From a virus: 64,000 nucleotides of DNA. The stretch is from the IMG/VR virus record IMGVR_UViG_3300045988_176028, one strand, 5' to 3'. Made by a program: the position numbers and the translations under genes. Below are positions 43,201 through 52,343 of the stretch, piece by piece (the stretch's first letter is position 1; each line of letters starts with the position of its first letter). The notes below the pieces were generated by a model. It was not told the DNA's origin and did no database searches. It saw nothing but the letters and a program-made list of their open reading frames with translations.

Positions 43201-43700
43201 CGTTGAGAAAAAGAAAACCCGTGGTATACGGTTTCAGAGACCCCGCATTAAGCCTACTGCCGTTGGGTGCATGCCCGTACTGTGGAGGAAAAGTCACGTT
43301 CGACTTAGTGCAAGTGACATCCGACTCCAAGCTGTTCTCCCGCCCAGAGGGTTTTATCGTTTGGTGTGTGAAGTGCGAGAACGCGTGCGACTTGGAGCAT
43401 TTCGTCAGGCTTCACGGCGAATGGGATAGCCCATACAAGGATGATGCGGTCGGGATACTCCGCGAAGAATGGGCCGGAGCGTGCTCCAAGTTGAAGAATC
43501 TCAAACCCTGCGGTAGATGCGGAGTCAAACCGGTTTGGAGAATTCAACCCGACTCAGCCCGCGTGGAGTGTCCCAAATGTGGCAACGGATTCTCGGACGA
43601 CTCGGAATACTACGAGATAGGACGTCTGGCTCTGAAGTGGACCATGAGCCAGTCCGGACAGGGCGACGCGTACCGTTTGGAATCGATGCTGAACGGCTGA
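43197..43700 (+). CDS. tandem Lar-like zinc-ribbon protein
   Basis: CPYCGGK...WCVKCENAC...LHGEWD and CGRCGVK...ECPKCGNG...LALKWT modules. ATGA overlap with the upstream gene. Confidence 0.5.
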   Translation: MTLRKRKPVVYGFRDPALSLLPLGACPYCGGKVTFDLVQVTSDSKLFSRPEGFIVWCVKCENACDLEHFVRLHGEWDSPYKDDAVGILREEWAGACSKLKNLKPCGRCGVKPVWRIQPDSARVECPKCGNGFSDDSEYYEIGRLALKWTMSQSGQGDAYRLESMLNG

Positions 43701-43730
43701 ATATCCTACTCAAGGGAAAGGACCGGGGGA

Positions 43731-44150
43731 ATGATAGAACAGGACAAGAAGCCCGTCATCAAGGCCGTGGCCTACGAGGTGAGGCATGAGCCGGAGGATG
43801 AATACGATTTCGGATATTCTGAAACCCGCTACCGGCTCGTGAACATGGACACGGGTGAGATTGTGGATGACGCGCAAGGCTACGGGTACAAGACCGCCGC
43901 CGGGGCGCATCGCGCGTACGGATACAAGAGCATGCCGAAGAGTCGGAAGAGGAAAATCGCTTCCGTCAAGGAACGTGCGCGCCGCTTCCGCGAGGACAAT
44001 CCGAGTTTCGTGGACGACTTGGAGTACGGCATGCTGAACGCGTGCAAGGAAGGCGTCGAATACACGTTCGAGGATTTCAAGGAACTGCTGGACGAGGAGA
44101 AGCCTGACTTGAAAGGACTGACGGCGGAGCAGTTGTTTCGATACATCTGA
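43731..44150 (+). CDS. hypothetical protein
   Basis: 139-aa ORF with a GGGGGA RBS. No domain recognised. Confidence 0.5.
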   Translation: MIEQDKKPVIKAVAYEVRHEPEDEYDFGYSETRYRLVNMDTGEIVDDAQGYGYKTAAGAHRAYGYKSMPKSRKRKIASVKERARRFREDNPSFVDDLEYGMLNACKEGVEYTFEDFKELLDEEKPDLKGLTAEQLFRYI

Positions 44151-44243
44151 TTCTTCTTCGATTTTCTATTACGGTTAAATGGGGTGTCTAAGAATATCTT
44201 TTTCAGGCACCCTTTGCTTTTGATTGACTAGCGTCCTCTTTCT

Positions 44244-44265
44244 TGTTATACTGGTAGTGTCCACA
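44244..44265 (+). promoter_or_regulatory. repeated promoter motif, copy P6
   Basis: TTGACT (44224-44229), 17 nt, then TGtTATACTggtagtGTCCACA. ATG 44267 follows the box by 1 nt, which predicts a near-leaderless mRNA. Confidence 0.6.
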
Positions 44266-44266
44266 T

Positions 44267-44848
44267 ATGGGCGTGGTTGGCCAACCGCCAATCCCGCCCC
44301 ACATCAATTACAACCAGAAGGAAACACCTGCATTGGGTATCGAAATCTACGAACAGGACAAGTACGCAACCCATGTCGTCACCAGCAAAGGTGAAATCAA
44401 ATACGAGTGCAGTGCCCGCAACGTGGCCGAAGCCATCGTCAAAGAACACAACAAGCACAACGACGGGGAACCGTGGCATGTCGGTACCACCGTCACCTTG
44501 GTCAGCGCCAAAAACATCACATGGCGTGCCGAAGCGCTCATCGACTGGGATAAGGTCAAGACCGGCAAGAACACTCCCAACAAGTGTGTGAAGGTCACTG
44601 CTTCGGAAACCCAGACGAACTTGCAGGAAAGCAAGCCGAAGGTCAGCGCCACCTATCTGTTGTCCGACGGTGACAAGCCGGAAAACTACATGCGTTGGCA
44701 TGCCACGGCGTCCGATAAGGATGTAGCCATGGTGTTGGCGAAACAGGCGGCTGTCAAGGCTTTGGAAGCCTATCTTGAGAAGATTGGCAAGACCGTCAAG
44801 ACTTCGGTCAAGCCGACCGTAAAGCCGTCCGGGAAGGTTGCTAAATGA
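44267..44848 (+). CDS. hypothetical K-rich protein
   Basis: 193-aa ORF directly after P6. Confidence 0.5.
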   Translation: MGVVGQPPIPPHINYNQKETPALGIEIYEQDKYATHVVTSKGEIKYECSARNVAEAIVKEHNKHNDGEPWHVGTTVTLVSAKNITWRAEALIDWDKVKTGKNTPNKCVKVTASETQTNLQESKPKVSATYLLSDGDKPENYMRWHATASDKDVAMVLAKQAAVKALEAYLEKIGKTVKTSVKPTVKPSGKVAK

Positions 44849-45402
44849 GCGACCGGAACAAAGCTGACGAGAATCCGGATGACGAGTATTTGTTGGACGC
44901 GCTTCGAGACTTAGACCCCACGCCAATCGAGGAGCTTATCGACAAGTCCAACATGGATGACGGGTCGAAGAAACGGTTCCATGAATCACTGCGAGCGCAT
45001 GACTCCAATATCGCACGGGAACAGTCGGTGAAGATTGCCGTCGGTGAGGCGTTGCGGGAATTGGACAGGTTGAGTGAACGGTTGGATGAAATCAGCGCGT
45101 TGACCGTGTGGGATTCCAGCCGTCCGTTGTCCGATGCTATTCCTTCCGTCGAGGCAATCCGCGTCATCCTCAAGCAGATACGCGGACATGACAATGGTTG
45201 TGTGGATTCCGATTCTCGAATCCGTTATCGTCTGGTGTGTGATGTGGACGGTGGTGTCCTGCCGTTGCTCGGTCAAATGTCGGACGGGGCTGATGGGTTG
45301 GTGTATCTGAAGAACGTGCTTGACGCTTGCAAGTCTGCCAATATCGAGGGGAATCCGCGTATTCAGTACGCGTATGTGACCGGTTGGAGGGACTTGAACT
45401 GA
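44845..45402 (+). CDS. hypothetical protein
   Basis: 185-aa ORF with an ATGA overlap. Confidence 0.5.
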   Translation: MSDRNKADENPDDEYLLDALRDLDPTPIEELIDKSNMDDGSKKRFHESLRAHDSNIAREQSVKIAVGEALRELDRLSERLDEISALTVWDSSRPLSDAIPSVEAIRVILKQIRGHDNGCVDSDSRIRYRLVCDVDGGVLPLLGQMSDGADGLVYLKNVLDACKSANIEGNPRIQYAYVTGWRDLN

Positions 45403-45403
45403 A

Positions 45404-46375
45404 ATGTCCAAGTTCGACAAGACGGCCGTGTATGGGAGGGAGAATCCGTTCATTCCCTCCCCTGAGACCATGGACGCTTTAAAGGACGCGCTCATCGAGG
45501 AGGCGGATGAACGTTCCGACATGCTTATCGGCATGACCACCGCGCCTGATGGGAGGAAGGTTCTTCGCCGTCAGAGCGCGGGACGCAACACCGGATGGCG
45601 TTCCCTTATCGGCTTGCGTTACCGTATCCAAACCAAGGAGGAGGCCGACGAACTCCGTTTGGATTATCGTCGTTTCTTCGAGGGGTACGTGGAGCGAACC
45701 GACAGAAGCGAGCGCCGCAACCTGTTGGATTTGGAGCATAAGACCGTGGACGGCACGTACCGTTACACGGTCGAGGGTCTGGTGGCCGACTGTGACGAGA
45801 GCAGTGTGTCGAACGGGTATGTGTCGCGCCTGTGTCTGATGTTTCCTCATGTGGTGAATTCGGATGGTTCGCAGACGCTTATCGACTCGCATATTTGGCT
45901 TGCCACGTTCGTGAAGAACACTATTATCCGTCCCGACCGTATCGAACCTCATAATGGTTCCGCCGACCGGCTGATGACGATTCGGTTGGGTGACACGTTG
46001 CGTGTGGACGCCGGATTGTGCGCGTACACGGATAAGCGTGGCCGTCACCGTTTCGGCTTGGCGGATTGGACTCCGTTGGACTCGCATTTGAGGTATCTGC
46101 AACTCCGTTCGGATGGTACCACCACTCCGCGTGTGGTCAGCGAGCGCCTGTGTGGGCGTGAGTATGATATCTGCTGGTTGGAGCGGGATGGTAGGCCGGG
46201 TTTCCGTTCGGTGATGTTGGATGGGTTGAATGCTCGCGTGAAGGCGGGTTGGAGTTCGTATGATTGGCGTCATCGTCCGTTTCTGTCGGATGGTGATGGG
46301 TTCCCGTCCGTTTGTCTTGACCAGTATTTGACGCTTGACCCGTATAAGGGTGAGGCTCACGTGGTGTCCCGGTAG
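45404..46375 (+). CDS. hypothetical protein
   Basis: 323-aa ORF starting 1 nt after the upstream stop. Preferred over the antisense 353-aa ORF, which is R/T/P/H-rich. Confidence 0.5.
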   Translation: MSKFDKTAVYGRENPFIPSPETMDALKDALIEEADERSDMLIGMTTAPDGRKVLRRQSAGRNTGWRSLIGLRYRIQTKEEADELRLDYRRFFEGYVERTDRSERRNLLDLEHKTVDGTYRYTVEGLVADCDESSVSNGYVSRLCLMFPHVVNSDGSQTLIDSHIWLATFVKNTIIRPDRIEPHNGSADRLMTIRLGDTLRVDAGLCAYTDKRGRHRFGLADWTPLDSHLRYLQLRSDGTTTPRVVSERLCGREYDICWLERDGRPGFRSVMLDGLNARVKAGWSSYDWRHRPFLSDGDGFPSVCLDQYLTLDPYKGEAHVVSR

Positions 46376-46394
46376 TTGGATTGAGAGGATTTTT

Positions 46395-47039
46395 GTGTTG
46401 AGGAATTGTCTTAAAAAGGGTTTCCGTCCGGTGGCCGTGCTGGTTGTGGCGGTTCTGATGTGTTCGCTCGGCGGATGTTCGGATAGTGAGTCGGGTTGGT
46501 TGGAGGGCAGAGCGTTCACCATGAACGCGTATAGCAACACCGGTGAGCTGACGTTGACGAGTCATGCCGAGAAAATCGGGTTGGACGGCAATGTGACCAC
46601 CGACTCCCGTTACTACGGCATCGGCACCAATGGTTCGGTTTCCTCCGGCTCGACCGATTCCCTGTCTTCGGTCATTACCGTGACCCTTGACGGCAGGGAG
46701 TTGGATTCCTGTGGGGATACGCTCATCTTCACCGAGGATGGGTTGGAACCGGTCAAGGATTTCGCCGCCGACGCTCTCAAATCTCAGGACACGGAGAAGA
46801 CGACCGGTACCGGTTCAACGTCGCAATTGTTGAACCGGTATAAGGATTCTTTTGCCAAGAAGCATGTCGTGGTCATCAAAAGCCAGATGGGAACGCCGAT
46901 TGAAGTGTTCAACGGTGACACCATCAAATGGGATATAGACGACAATCTGCCTAAAACAACAAGGCTCATGGTCGATGGTAAAACGCTATACATTCATCGG
47001 GCGAACTTCCAAATCTTGGACAAGGATTCGTTGCAGTGA
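46395..47039 (+). CDS. lipoprotein
   Basis: GTG 46395 after a GAGAGGA RBS. VLRNCLKKGFRPVAVLVVAVLMCSLGGCSDSES contains the lipobox LGGC. Confidence 0.6.
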   Translation: MLRNCLKKGFRPVAVLVVAVLMCSLGGCSDSESGWLEGRAFTMNAYSNTGELTLTSHAEKIGLDGNVTTDSRYYGIGTNGSVSSGSTDSLSSVITVTLDGRELDSCGDTLIFTEDGLEPVKDFAADALKSQDTEKTTGTGSTSQLLNRYKDSFAKKHVVVIKSQMGTPIEVFNGDTIKWDIDDNLPKTTRLMVDGKTLYIHRANFQILDKDSLQ

Positions 47040-47410
47040 GCCACGATACCGAACCGGAGGAGGTCAAGTTGGTCAGCATCGTAGAGAGGGAGGCCGAGGA
47101 AGCGTATCCCGTCCAATACTGGGATGGTTCCGACATCAAGAAAACGTTCGAGGCCGACAGTGACTATTTGCAGGAAGCCTATATGAACGGGCGTCTCCAC
47201 CCCGCTTGCGGGGAGGAGGTGGAGGCCGTGGCGAAACATCTCATGTGGGCTGACGAAATCCCGCGATGGGAGAAGACCTACGGCGAGGCTCCCGATGAGG
47301 ATTTCTTCTGGAAGCGGGCCGAAACGGTCGGCGCACGCGACGGATATCTGACTCTAGCCAAGGAGCTTCTGGAAATCGCGCGGAAGAAAGTCGAGGAGGG
47401 ACTACTGTGA
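47036..47410 (+). CDS. hypothetical acidic protein
   Basis: 124-aa ORF with a GTGA overlap. Confidence 0.5.
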   Translation: MSHDTEPEEVKLVSIVEREAEEAYPVQYWDGSDIKKTFEADSDYLQEAYMNGRLHPACGEEVEAVAKHLMWADEIPRWEKTYGEAPDEDFFWKRAETVGARDGYLTLAKELLEIARKKVEEGLL

Positions 47411-47492
47411 TTCGACTGGCCGAGACACGGGGAAAACTCATCGCCGTCTACCGTGGAACGGAACCCAATGCGAACGGGCCGGACAATCCGAT

Positions 47493-47654
47493 ATGCGAGC
47501 CGCCATGGTCTTGTACCGATGCGAGAACGATTGGCCCGACGGCAAGCCCGACGACCGTGGACTCCTGTTGCGGTGGAATGGGATGTCCGAGGATGAGCGC
47601 GACGAGTATACGAATCGTGTCCTTCCGGTGTTGGAGGCTTTTCTGGACTACTAG
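47493..47654 (+). CDS. 53-aa ORF, or 3' part of a frame-disrupted gene starting at 47407
   Basis: Hand translation: MRAAMVLYRCENDWPDGKPDDRGLLLRWNGMSEDERDEYTNRVLPVLEAFLDY. It ends just before promoter P7. The track ORF 47407..47691 starts with a GTGA coupling, but its 3' half looks non-coding and runs through P7. Confidence 0.35.
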   Translation: MRAAMVLYRCENDWPDGKPDDRGLLLRWNGMSEDERDEYTNRVLPVLEAFLDY

Positions 47655-47664
47655 ACGCAAACTA

Positions 47665-47686
47665 TGCTATAGTGGATGTGTTCACA
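47665..47686 (+). promoter_or_regulatory. repeated promoter motif, copy P7
   Basis: TGcTATAGTggatgtGTTCACA, 35 nt upstream of ATG 47722. Confidence 0.6.
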
Positions 47687-47721
47687 CATAAAGAGTTTTC
47701 AGGCAAAGAAGGAAATAAACC

Positions 47722-48237
47722 ATGGACACGTCCGCCACCTTGAAGGAACAGATACAGGCTTTGATGGACTCGCTGGCCGACACCGCACTATCCGCCGCCG
47801 AGTCGCGCCATCAAAGTCAGGCCGGAGAAGCCCACCTGCTGTATGCGCTTTACCGGAACGATGGACTCGTAGGCTCGATGCTCCGGGGACACGGGTTGGA
47901 ATCCTCGGAAATCCGGCTCCTCATGTCCGATATTCCGAACCGTCCATTGAAAATGGGAGAAGACCCGGTATTGTCCGCTTCCAGCCGTCACATACTGCAC
48001 GACGCCCACGACGCGGTGGAAGTGTTACGCCAAGTGCAACGTGATAGTCATGTCGAACTCCTGCTCCGCGCCCATGGCATCGAACTGCCCGAACGTCAAC
48101 CCACTCGGGAGCAGGTCGAGGCGGCGTCAAGAACCGGCGTCAACCTAGCCCAGACCGTCAGCCCCAACCGTGGACGTCAGGTCGGTGTGGACTATCTCTC
48201 CTACACTCGGCTCATGCTCGAAGCCGCGTTGAACTGA
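47722..48237 (+). CDS. Clp N-terminal (R-domain)-like protein
   Basis: ALSAAESRHQSQAGEAHLLYALYRNDGLVGSMLRGHGLESSEIRLL resembles a Clp_N repeat, with a weaker second repeat. The C-terminus (YTRLMLEAALN) is shared with 48646..49206. Confidence 0.45.
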   Translation: MDTSATLKEQIQALMDSLADTALSAAESRHQSQAGEAHLLYALYRNDGLVGSMLRGHGLESSEIRLLMSDIPNRPLKMGEDPVLSASSRHILHDAHDAVEVLRQVQRDSHVELLLRAHGIELPERQPTREQVEAASRTGVNLAQTVSPNRGRQVGVDYLSYTRLMLEAALN

Positions 48238-48262
48238 ACGAAACCAGCCGGAAGGAATACCC

Positions 48263-48649
48263 ATGGAAAACACTGAGATGAAAAACGGGGAGACGGACGC
48301 CGTGGATGCAATCATCGCATGGTTGGACGAGTGGATAGACAGGACGGAAAAGACCATGTCCGCCGGTGAGGACGATTTTTCATGGCTTGCCGACCGTGAA
48401 TACCTGCAAGCCTACCGAAACGCCCGCTCGCACATGACAGCCCTGCGCGGCACGGACGAATGCACGGTGCGGCATCTGGCCGAATGGTGCGGGATTCGTA
48501 AGAGGGAGGCGAAGAACAGTCTGCAACGACTGTTGAAATCGAACATCCCGTATGGAGATGATTCCATCACCTGCGCCGATTCGAGAAGGTTCGCCTACCA
48601 ACTGATAATCGACCGTTGCGAAGAAGAAGACAAGGAGGTTCGGAAGTGA
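48263..48649 (+). CDS. hypothetical protein
   Basis: 128-aa ORF between the two Clp-N-like paralogs. Confidence 0.45.
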   Translation: MENTEMKNGETDAVDAIIAWLDEWIDRTEKTMSAGEDDFSWLADREYLQAYRNARSHMTALRGTDECTVRHLAEWCGIRKREAKNSLQRLLKSNIPYGDDSITCADSRRFAYQLIIDRCEEEDKEVRK

Positions 48650-49206
48650 CCAATACGACAATCAGCGACATCGTCCGGTACGCGGACAAGACCGCCCGCG
48701 AACGGAACGTGAAGTGGATGGACACGACCATCCTGCTCAAGTCCCTCCTCTGGTCGGCCAGTGAAGCCTATCGCATTCTCCAACGTGGCGGACTGGGATA
48801 TTCGGAAGACAACCCCGACTATCTGGCGAGATTCGACCGAGAGCTGGTGAGATTCGACAACGAACCGTTGGAGGAAGGCGAGAAGCCACGGTTCACTCCG
48901 GTCGCCTTACGGTTGGTCGAGCATGCGAACAGTCCACTCGCACTGTTGAGGGCGATGCAACACACCGACTGCGAGGGCAATCTGATTCTCAAAGAACATT
49001 GGATATGGCCCCCCGAACATGAGCCGACGGACGAGCAGGTGGAACGCGCCGCCGAAGCCGGATACTTCCTTTCCGCCCGCTCCTACTTCTCCTACGGAAA
49101 CCTGAAACCATGGGGCAAGGTGAAGCAAACGTCCAAGGAGAAGTGGCGGGAATGGGCGCGGCTCATGCTCGAAGCCACACTCAACGGAACGGAAGAACCA
49201 TGTTGA
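48646..49206 (+). CDS. Clp-N-like paralog
   Basis: GTG 48646 after an AAGGAGG RBS, with a GTGA overlap. ARERNVKWMDTTILLKSLLWSASEAYRILQRGGL and the C-terminal WARLMLEATLNG parallel 47722..48237. Confidence 0.4.
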   Translation: MTNTTISDIVRYADKTARERNVKWMDTTILLKSLLWSASEAYRILQRGGLGYSEDNPDYLARFDRELVRFDNEPLEEGEKPRFTPVALRLVEHANSPLALLRAMQHTDCEGNLILKEHWIWPPEHEPTDEQVERAAEAGYFLSARSYFSYGNLKPWGKVKQTSKEKWREWARLMLEATLNGTEEPC

Positions 49207-49802
49207 ACATCAACGGCGTGAATATCGAATACCAGTACGACGGCGCTCACGACGCGCGTCCAACCGAACATACGTTGCACGGCTTGGACGGGTTGAATCT
49301 GTCAGGCTTGGATTGGATGCGCCTGTCACACGTATGTCGTCTCATGGCCGCACGCGACCGTAAGCCGGAGCGGACGTTCGTACGCGTATCCGGTTGGACG
49401 GCGGACAGGCCGAACATGAGGCTCATCATGGACGTGATTCAAGACGACGACGGTACGGACAGCGTGCCACTGCCGCTCACATCCGACTGTCTACTGGTTG
49501 ATTCCGCCGAATGCGACAACCGATGCCAATACGGATGGTTGAGCGTGCTGGAACAGCTGCCCGAACATGTGGACTACGGTCGGTTGGACGAGACCGGCAT
49601 GCAGGTCGTGGACTGGCTGAACGGCATGGCCGACCCGTCACCGGAAATCTTCGAGGATTGGGAGGCCATCAGCCTTATACGACAGAACGTCTATGAGGAC
49701 GAACCGACCGAACTGGCGGACCTATTGCGTTCCACCACCCGGACGGAACGCGACGAATGCTTCGAAATGCTGGAACAGGTGGAAACGGGGAGGCCATTGT
49801 GA
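49200..49802 (+). CDS. hypothetical protein
   Basis: ATG 49200 overlaps the upstream stop. 200 aa. No domain recognised. Confidence 0.45.
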   Translation: MLNINGVNIEYQYDGAHDARPTEHTLHGLDGLNLSGLDWMRLSHVCRLMAARDRKPERTFVRVSGWTADRPNMRLIMDVIQDDDGTDSVPLPLTSDCLLVDSAECDNRCQYGWLSVLEQLPEHVDYGRLDETGMQVVDWLNGMADPSPEIFEDWEAISLIRQNVYEDEPTELADLLRSTTRTERDECFEMLEQVETGRPL

Positions 49803-50164
49803 TGAACGACTGGCTGCGCGTCAAAACCATTGGCGGCGACGACTACGAATGCCGCATGACCATTCTGAAAACGGACGATACGACCATCACCGTCACCCGC
49901 CCTTGGCATCACCATTGGACGGACGGCTGGGATTGGAAGACCATCATCCGCCAATGGCTGTCCGACGCGCCGGAAACATTCGAACCATACGACGGATTGG
50001 CTGAATGGCTCAGCGACGCGGATTCGGAACGTATCGACTGCTGGCAGTGCCTGAGTTGGCTCGCCAACCGACGGCGGTCGGCCGTCGAATTCCTATCGGA
50101 TGAGGAAAAGAAACGGCTTGCGTCCAGATTGGGTTTCGAGCGGATTGCGGGGCAGGAACGTTGA
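49802..50164 (+). CDS. hypothetical W-rich protein
   Basis: ATG 49802 (or GTG 49799) overlaps the upstream stop. Confidence 0.45.
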   Translation: MNDWLRVKTIGGDDYECRMTILKTDDTTITVTRPWHHHWTDGWDWKTIIRQWLSDAPETFEPYDGLAEWLSDADSERIDCWQCLSWLANRRRSAVEFLSDEEKKRLASRLGFERIAGQER

Positions 50165-50826
50165 GCGGTTTTCGCAAGAGATTGCTGATATTCTTGTCCG
50201 CATTGCCAGCCCTCGTGTTGCTCATTGTCTTGACGGGCAGTTGGCGAATACTGTTGACGCCAGCCGTGATAGCGTTCCTGAAGGATGTGATACGCACGCT
50301 GTGGTGTGGGCTGCTCTTCGGCGTGGGGATGTCCGTATTTCTTTTCGTGGCGTCCACCATGTTCGACCATGCGAAGGATTCGCTTGAATCATGGAAGTGC
50401 GTCCCCTACCTGACCGTGAGCCTCCTGCTGCCGGTCGTCGGCTTGTGGGCTGCGTGCAGGCTTGCGGACCAGCCTTCGTCGGGTAATGGTGTCGGCCTGC
50501 TACTGGGCGTCGTGCTGGGTGTGCTGTTGTTTGAGCAGGTGTGGCCTTGGCTATCGCCCGCATGGGTGTCCAATTACCTGACGTTAGAGGAACGGTATTC
50601 GGAACCGTCCGACTGGAAACCCAAGGACGGACTACTTCCTCCCTACTGGATGCGCGCATACAAAATCGCCTATCCGACCGTCCAAGGCACGAACGACACC
50701 CGCCCGCACCCGGAATGGGTCGAACAGCACGCTGACGACCTGCGGTTCCTACACGACCATCATGCGGATATGTACTGGAAGCTCGAAGATGCGATTTGGT
50801 GGATTGAAAAGGCGGACAAATCGTAA
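50161..50826 (+). CDS. multi-TM membrane protein
   Basis: TTGA overlap start. 4-5 hydrophobic helices followed by a soluble W/Y-rich tail. Confidence 0.5.
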   Translation: MSGFRKRLLIFLSALPALVLLIVLTGSWRILLTPAVIAFLKDVIRTLWCGLLFGVGMSVFLFVASTMFDHAKDSLESWKCVPYLTVSLLLPVVGLWAACRLADQPSSGNGVGLLLGVVLGVLLFEQVWPWLSPAWVSNYLTLEERYSEPSDWKPKDGLLPPYWMRAYKIAYPTVQGTNDTRPHPEWVEQHADDLRFLHDHHADMYWKLEDAIWWIEKADKS

Positions 50827-50935
50827 CCGACCCGTATGTTCGCCGCGCCAACGGCATCAGACCGAAGCGCATGTGGCGACCGTACTGGCGCAACGGCTTC
50901 GTCGAACCCGAAGAATCGAAAGGAAAAGATAACCA

Positions 50936-51388
50936 ATGAACAAGCAACCGACCATTGGTGAAGTCTATAAACGGCCTGAATATTTTGACGCAGTGTGGTC
51001 AGAAAGCATTGAATGTTACGGCGTGACCAAGCAGAGCATCGTCTGCATGGAGGAGTGCGCCGAGCTTATCGAAGCATACGATGTCCGACGGCGTGACGGG
51101 CTGACGGACGGGACACACTCCCACATAGTTGAGGAGATGGCGGACGTACTCATCTGCCTATGGCTACTCGAACACATGTACGACATCAAAGGACGCGACA
51201 AACGCAAGCGCCACCCGTCTCCGGTCGGAGCGTGCGCAGCGCTCATCAAAGCGGTCAGCAAAATCCTGCGCTACGGCACCGAAAAGGAGCGTCTGGATGG
51301 GCTTGCCGACGCGGTGGAGGACGTGCGACGCTGGGTGATGCGGCTCGAAAAAGAAAACGGCATCATGGACGAGGAACTAGGCGAATAG
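50936..51388 (+). CDS. MazG-like nucleotide pyrophosphohydrolase
   Basis: VCMEECAELIEA and IVEEMADVLICLW give the EExxE...E..D metal-binding helices of the MazG/all-alpha NTP-PPase fold. Confidence 0.65.
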   Translation: MNKQPTIGEVYKRPEYFDAVWSESIECYGVTKQSIVCMEECAELIEAYDVRRRDGLTDGTHSHIVEEMADVLICLWLLEHMYDIKGRDKRKRHPSPVGACAALIKAVSKILRYGTEKERLDGLADAVEDVRRWVMRLEKENGIMDEELGE

Positions 51389-51435
51389 GTGGAACGCAAG
51401 ACAGTCAGACAACAGCGGCGAAATGAGGACGACAA

Positions 51436-51651
51436 GTGAGCGTGCGAAGCGAAACATTGGGCGAGGTCATTGAATGGCTCGGAGACGAGGCGGACAGGGA
51501 ATGGGAGCGCGCCAAAGACGGCCTGAGCGACGGATACGACGGGTTCGACGCCTACACGCGGGCAATCCAGCACTGTCAGGACATGCTCATGGACGATACG
51601 GCGGAACACGGAAAGCCCGATGAAGGTGGAAAAAATGAACAAGCAGAATGA
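51436..51651 (+). CDS. hypothetical small acidic protein
   Basis: 71-aa ORF with a GTG start. Confidence 0.4.
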   Translation: MSVRSETLGEVIEWLGDEADREWERAKDGLSDGYDGFDAYTRAIQHCQDMLMDDTAEHGKPDEGGKNEQAE

Positions 51652-51823
51652 GACCGTTCTATTGGAACACTTGGCCGACACGTTCGAAACCAAGCTCCGC
51701 GAGGCCGACCGGTCTATCGGAACCGACATTCCGAACCAGTACCGGGAGGGATGGATGGACGCGTTCGGATGGGCGGCCACCTACTGCCGCCTATTGGCGG
51801 AACGGAAGTGGACCCATGCTTGA
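51635..51823 (+). CDS. hypothetical small protein
   Basis: ATG 51635 after a GAAGGTGGA RBS. 62 aa. Confidence 0.4.
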   Translation: MNKQNETVLLEHLADTFETKLREADRSIGTDIPNQYREGWMDAFGWAATYCRLLAERKWTHA

Positions 51824-52343
51824 CTTCTCCAAATGGGAGGCAATGTGGGACGCCTACAACCGGATGGGCGAAGCCGTGTCCGGCAGTCCCGCAAGCATAT
51901 GCCAAGACATCGGCGTGACATTGATGATGGTCTTCGGTTTCGTCGGGCTCATCGCGGTGGCCGTCATCAGTGGCGTGGGCGACGACCCCGAGAAAAGCCC
52001 GTTCTTCCGCTTGACCACGGCGATAGCCGTCATAGGCGGTGTGCTGGCGCTCACATCGTTCGTCATGCCATCTCACAACGACGCCCACGTATCCGAACCA
52101 CCCGCGCTCTCCACGCAAATCGAGAGAACGTGGGGGCTGGACGAAATGGGCGATTGCAAAAACACGAGCCACGGGCTTACCGACAGCCCAAGCCTACCCA
52201 AGTCGAGCCTTGACGACGGCGACTGGAAGTGCGTCGCCTACACCGACAGTCAACGCACCGAACTGACCGTCCACATCAAAGGAAACAAGGTCGGCCTGTA
52301 CAAGGCAGACGGCAAGGCGTTGAAACTAGTAGGAAAGGACTAG
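51816..52343 (+). CDS. small two-TM membrane protein, paralog family member B1
   Basis: ATG 51816 inside the longer track ORF. 175 aa. Motifs: LDFSKWEAMWDAYN, two TM helices, GDC...WKC, and GNKVGLYKADGKALK at the end. Confidence 0.65.
   Translation: MLDFSKWEAMWDAYNRMGEAVSGSPASICQDIGVTLMMVFGFVGLIAVAVISGVGDDPEKSPFFRLTTAIAVIGGVLALTSFVMPSHNDAHVSEPPALSTQIERTWGLDEMGDCKNTSHGLTDSPSLPKSSLDDGDWKCVAYTDSQRTELTVHIKGNKVGLYKADGKALKLVGKD

Noticed and set aside
45479-46540. 353-aa minus-strand ORF antisense to 45404..46375. The same applies to 20078..21259, 21680..22462, 23423..24286, 34363..35181 and 50222..50947.
   Set aside because: These are antisense shadows of plus-strand (or, for 34363, minus-strand tnpB) genes. 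They have biased R/T/P/H composition, no RBS or coupling, and they break the otherwise continuous operon structure.
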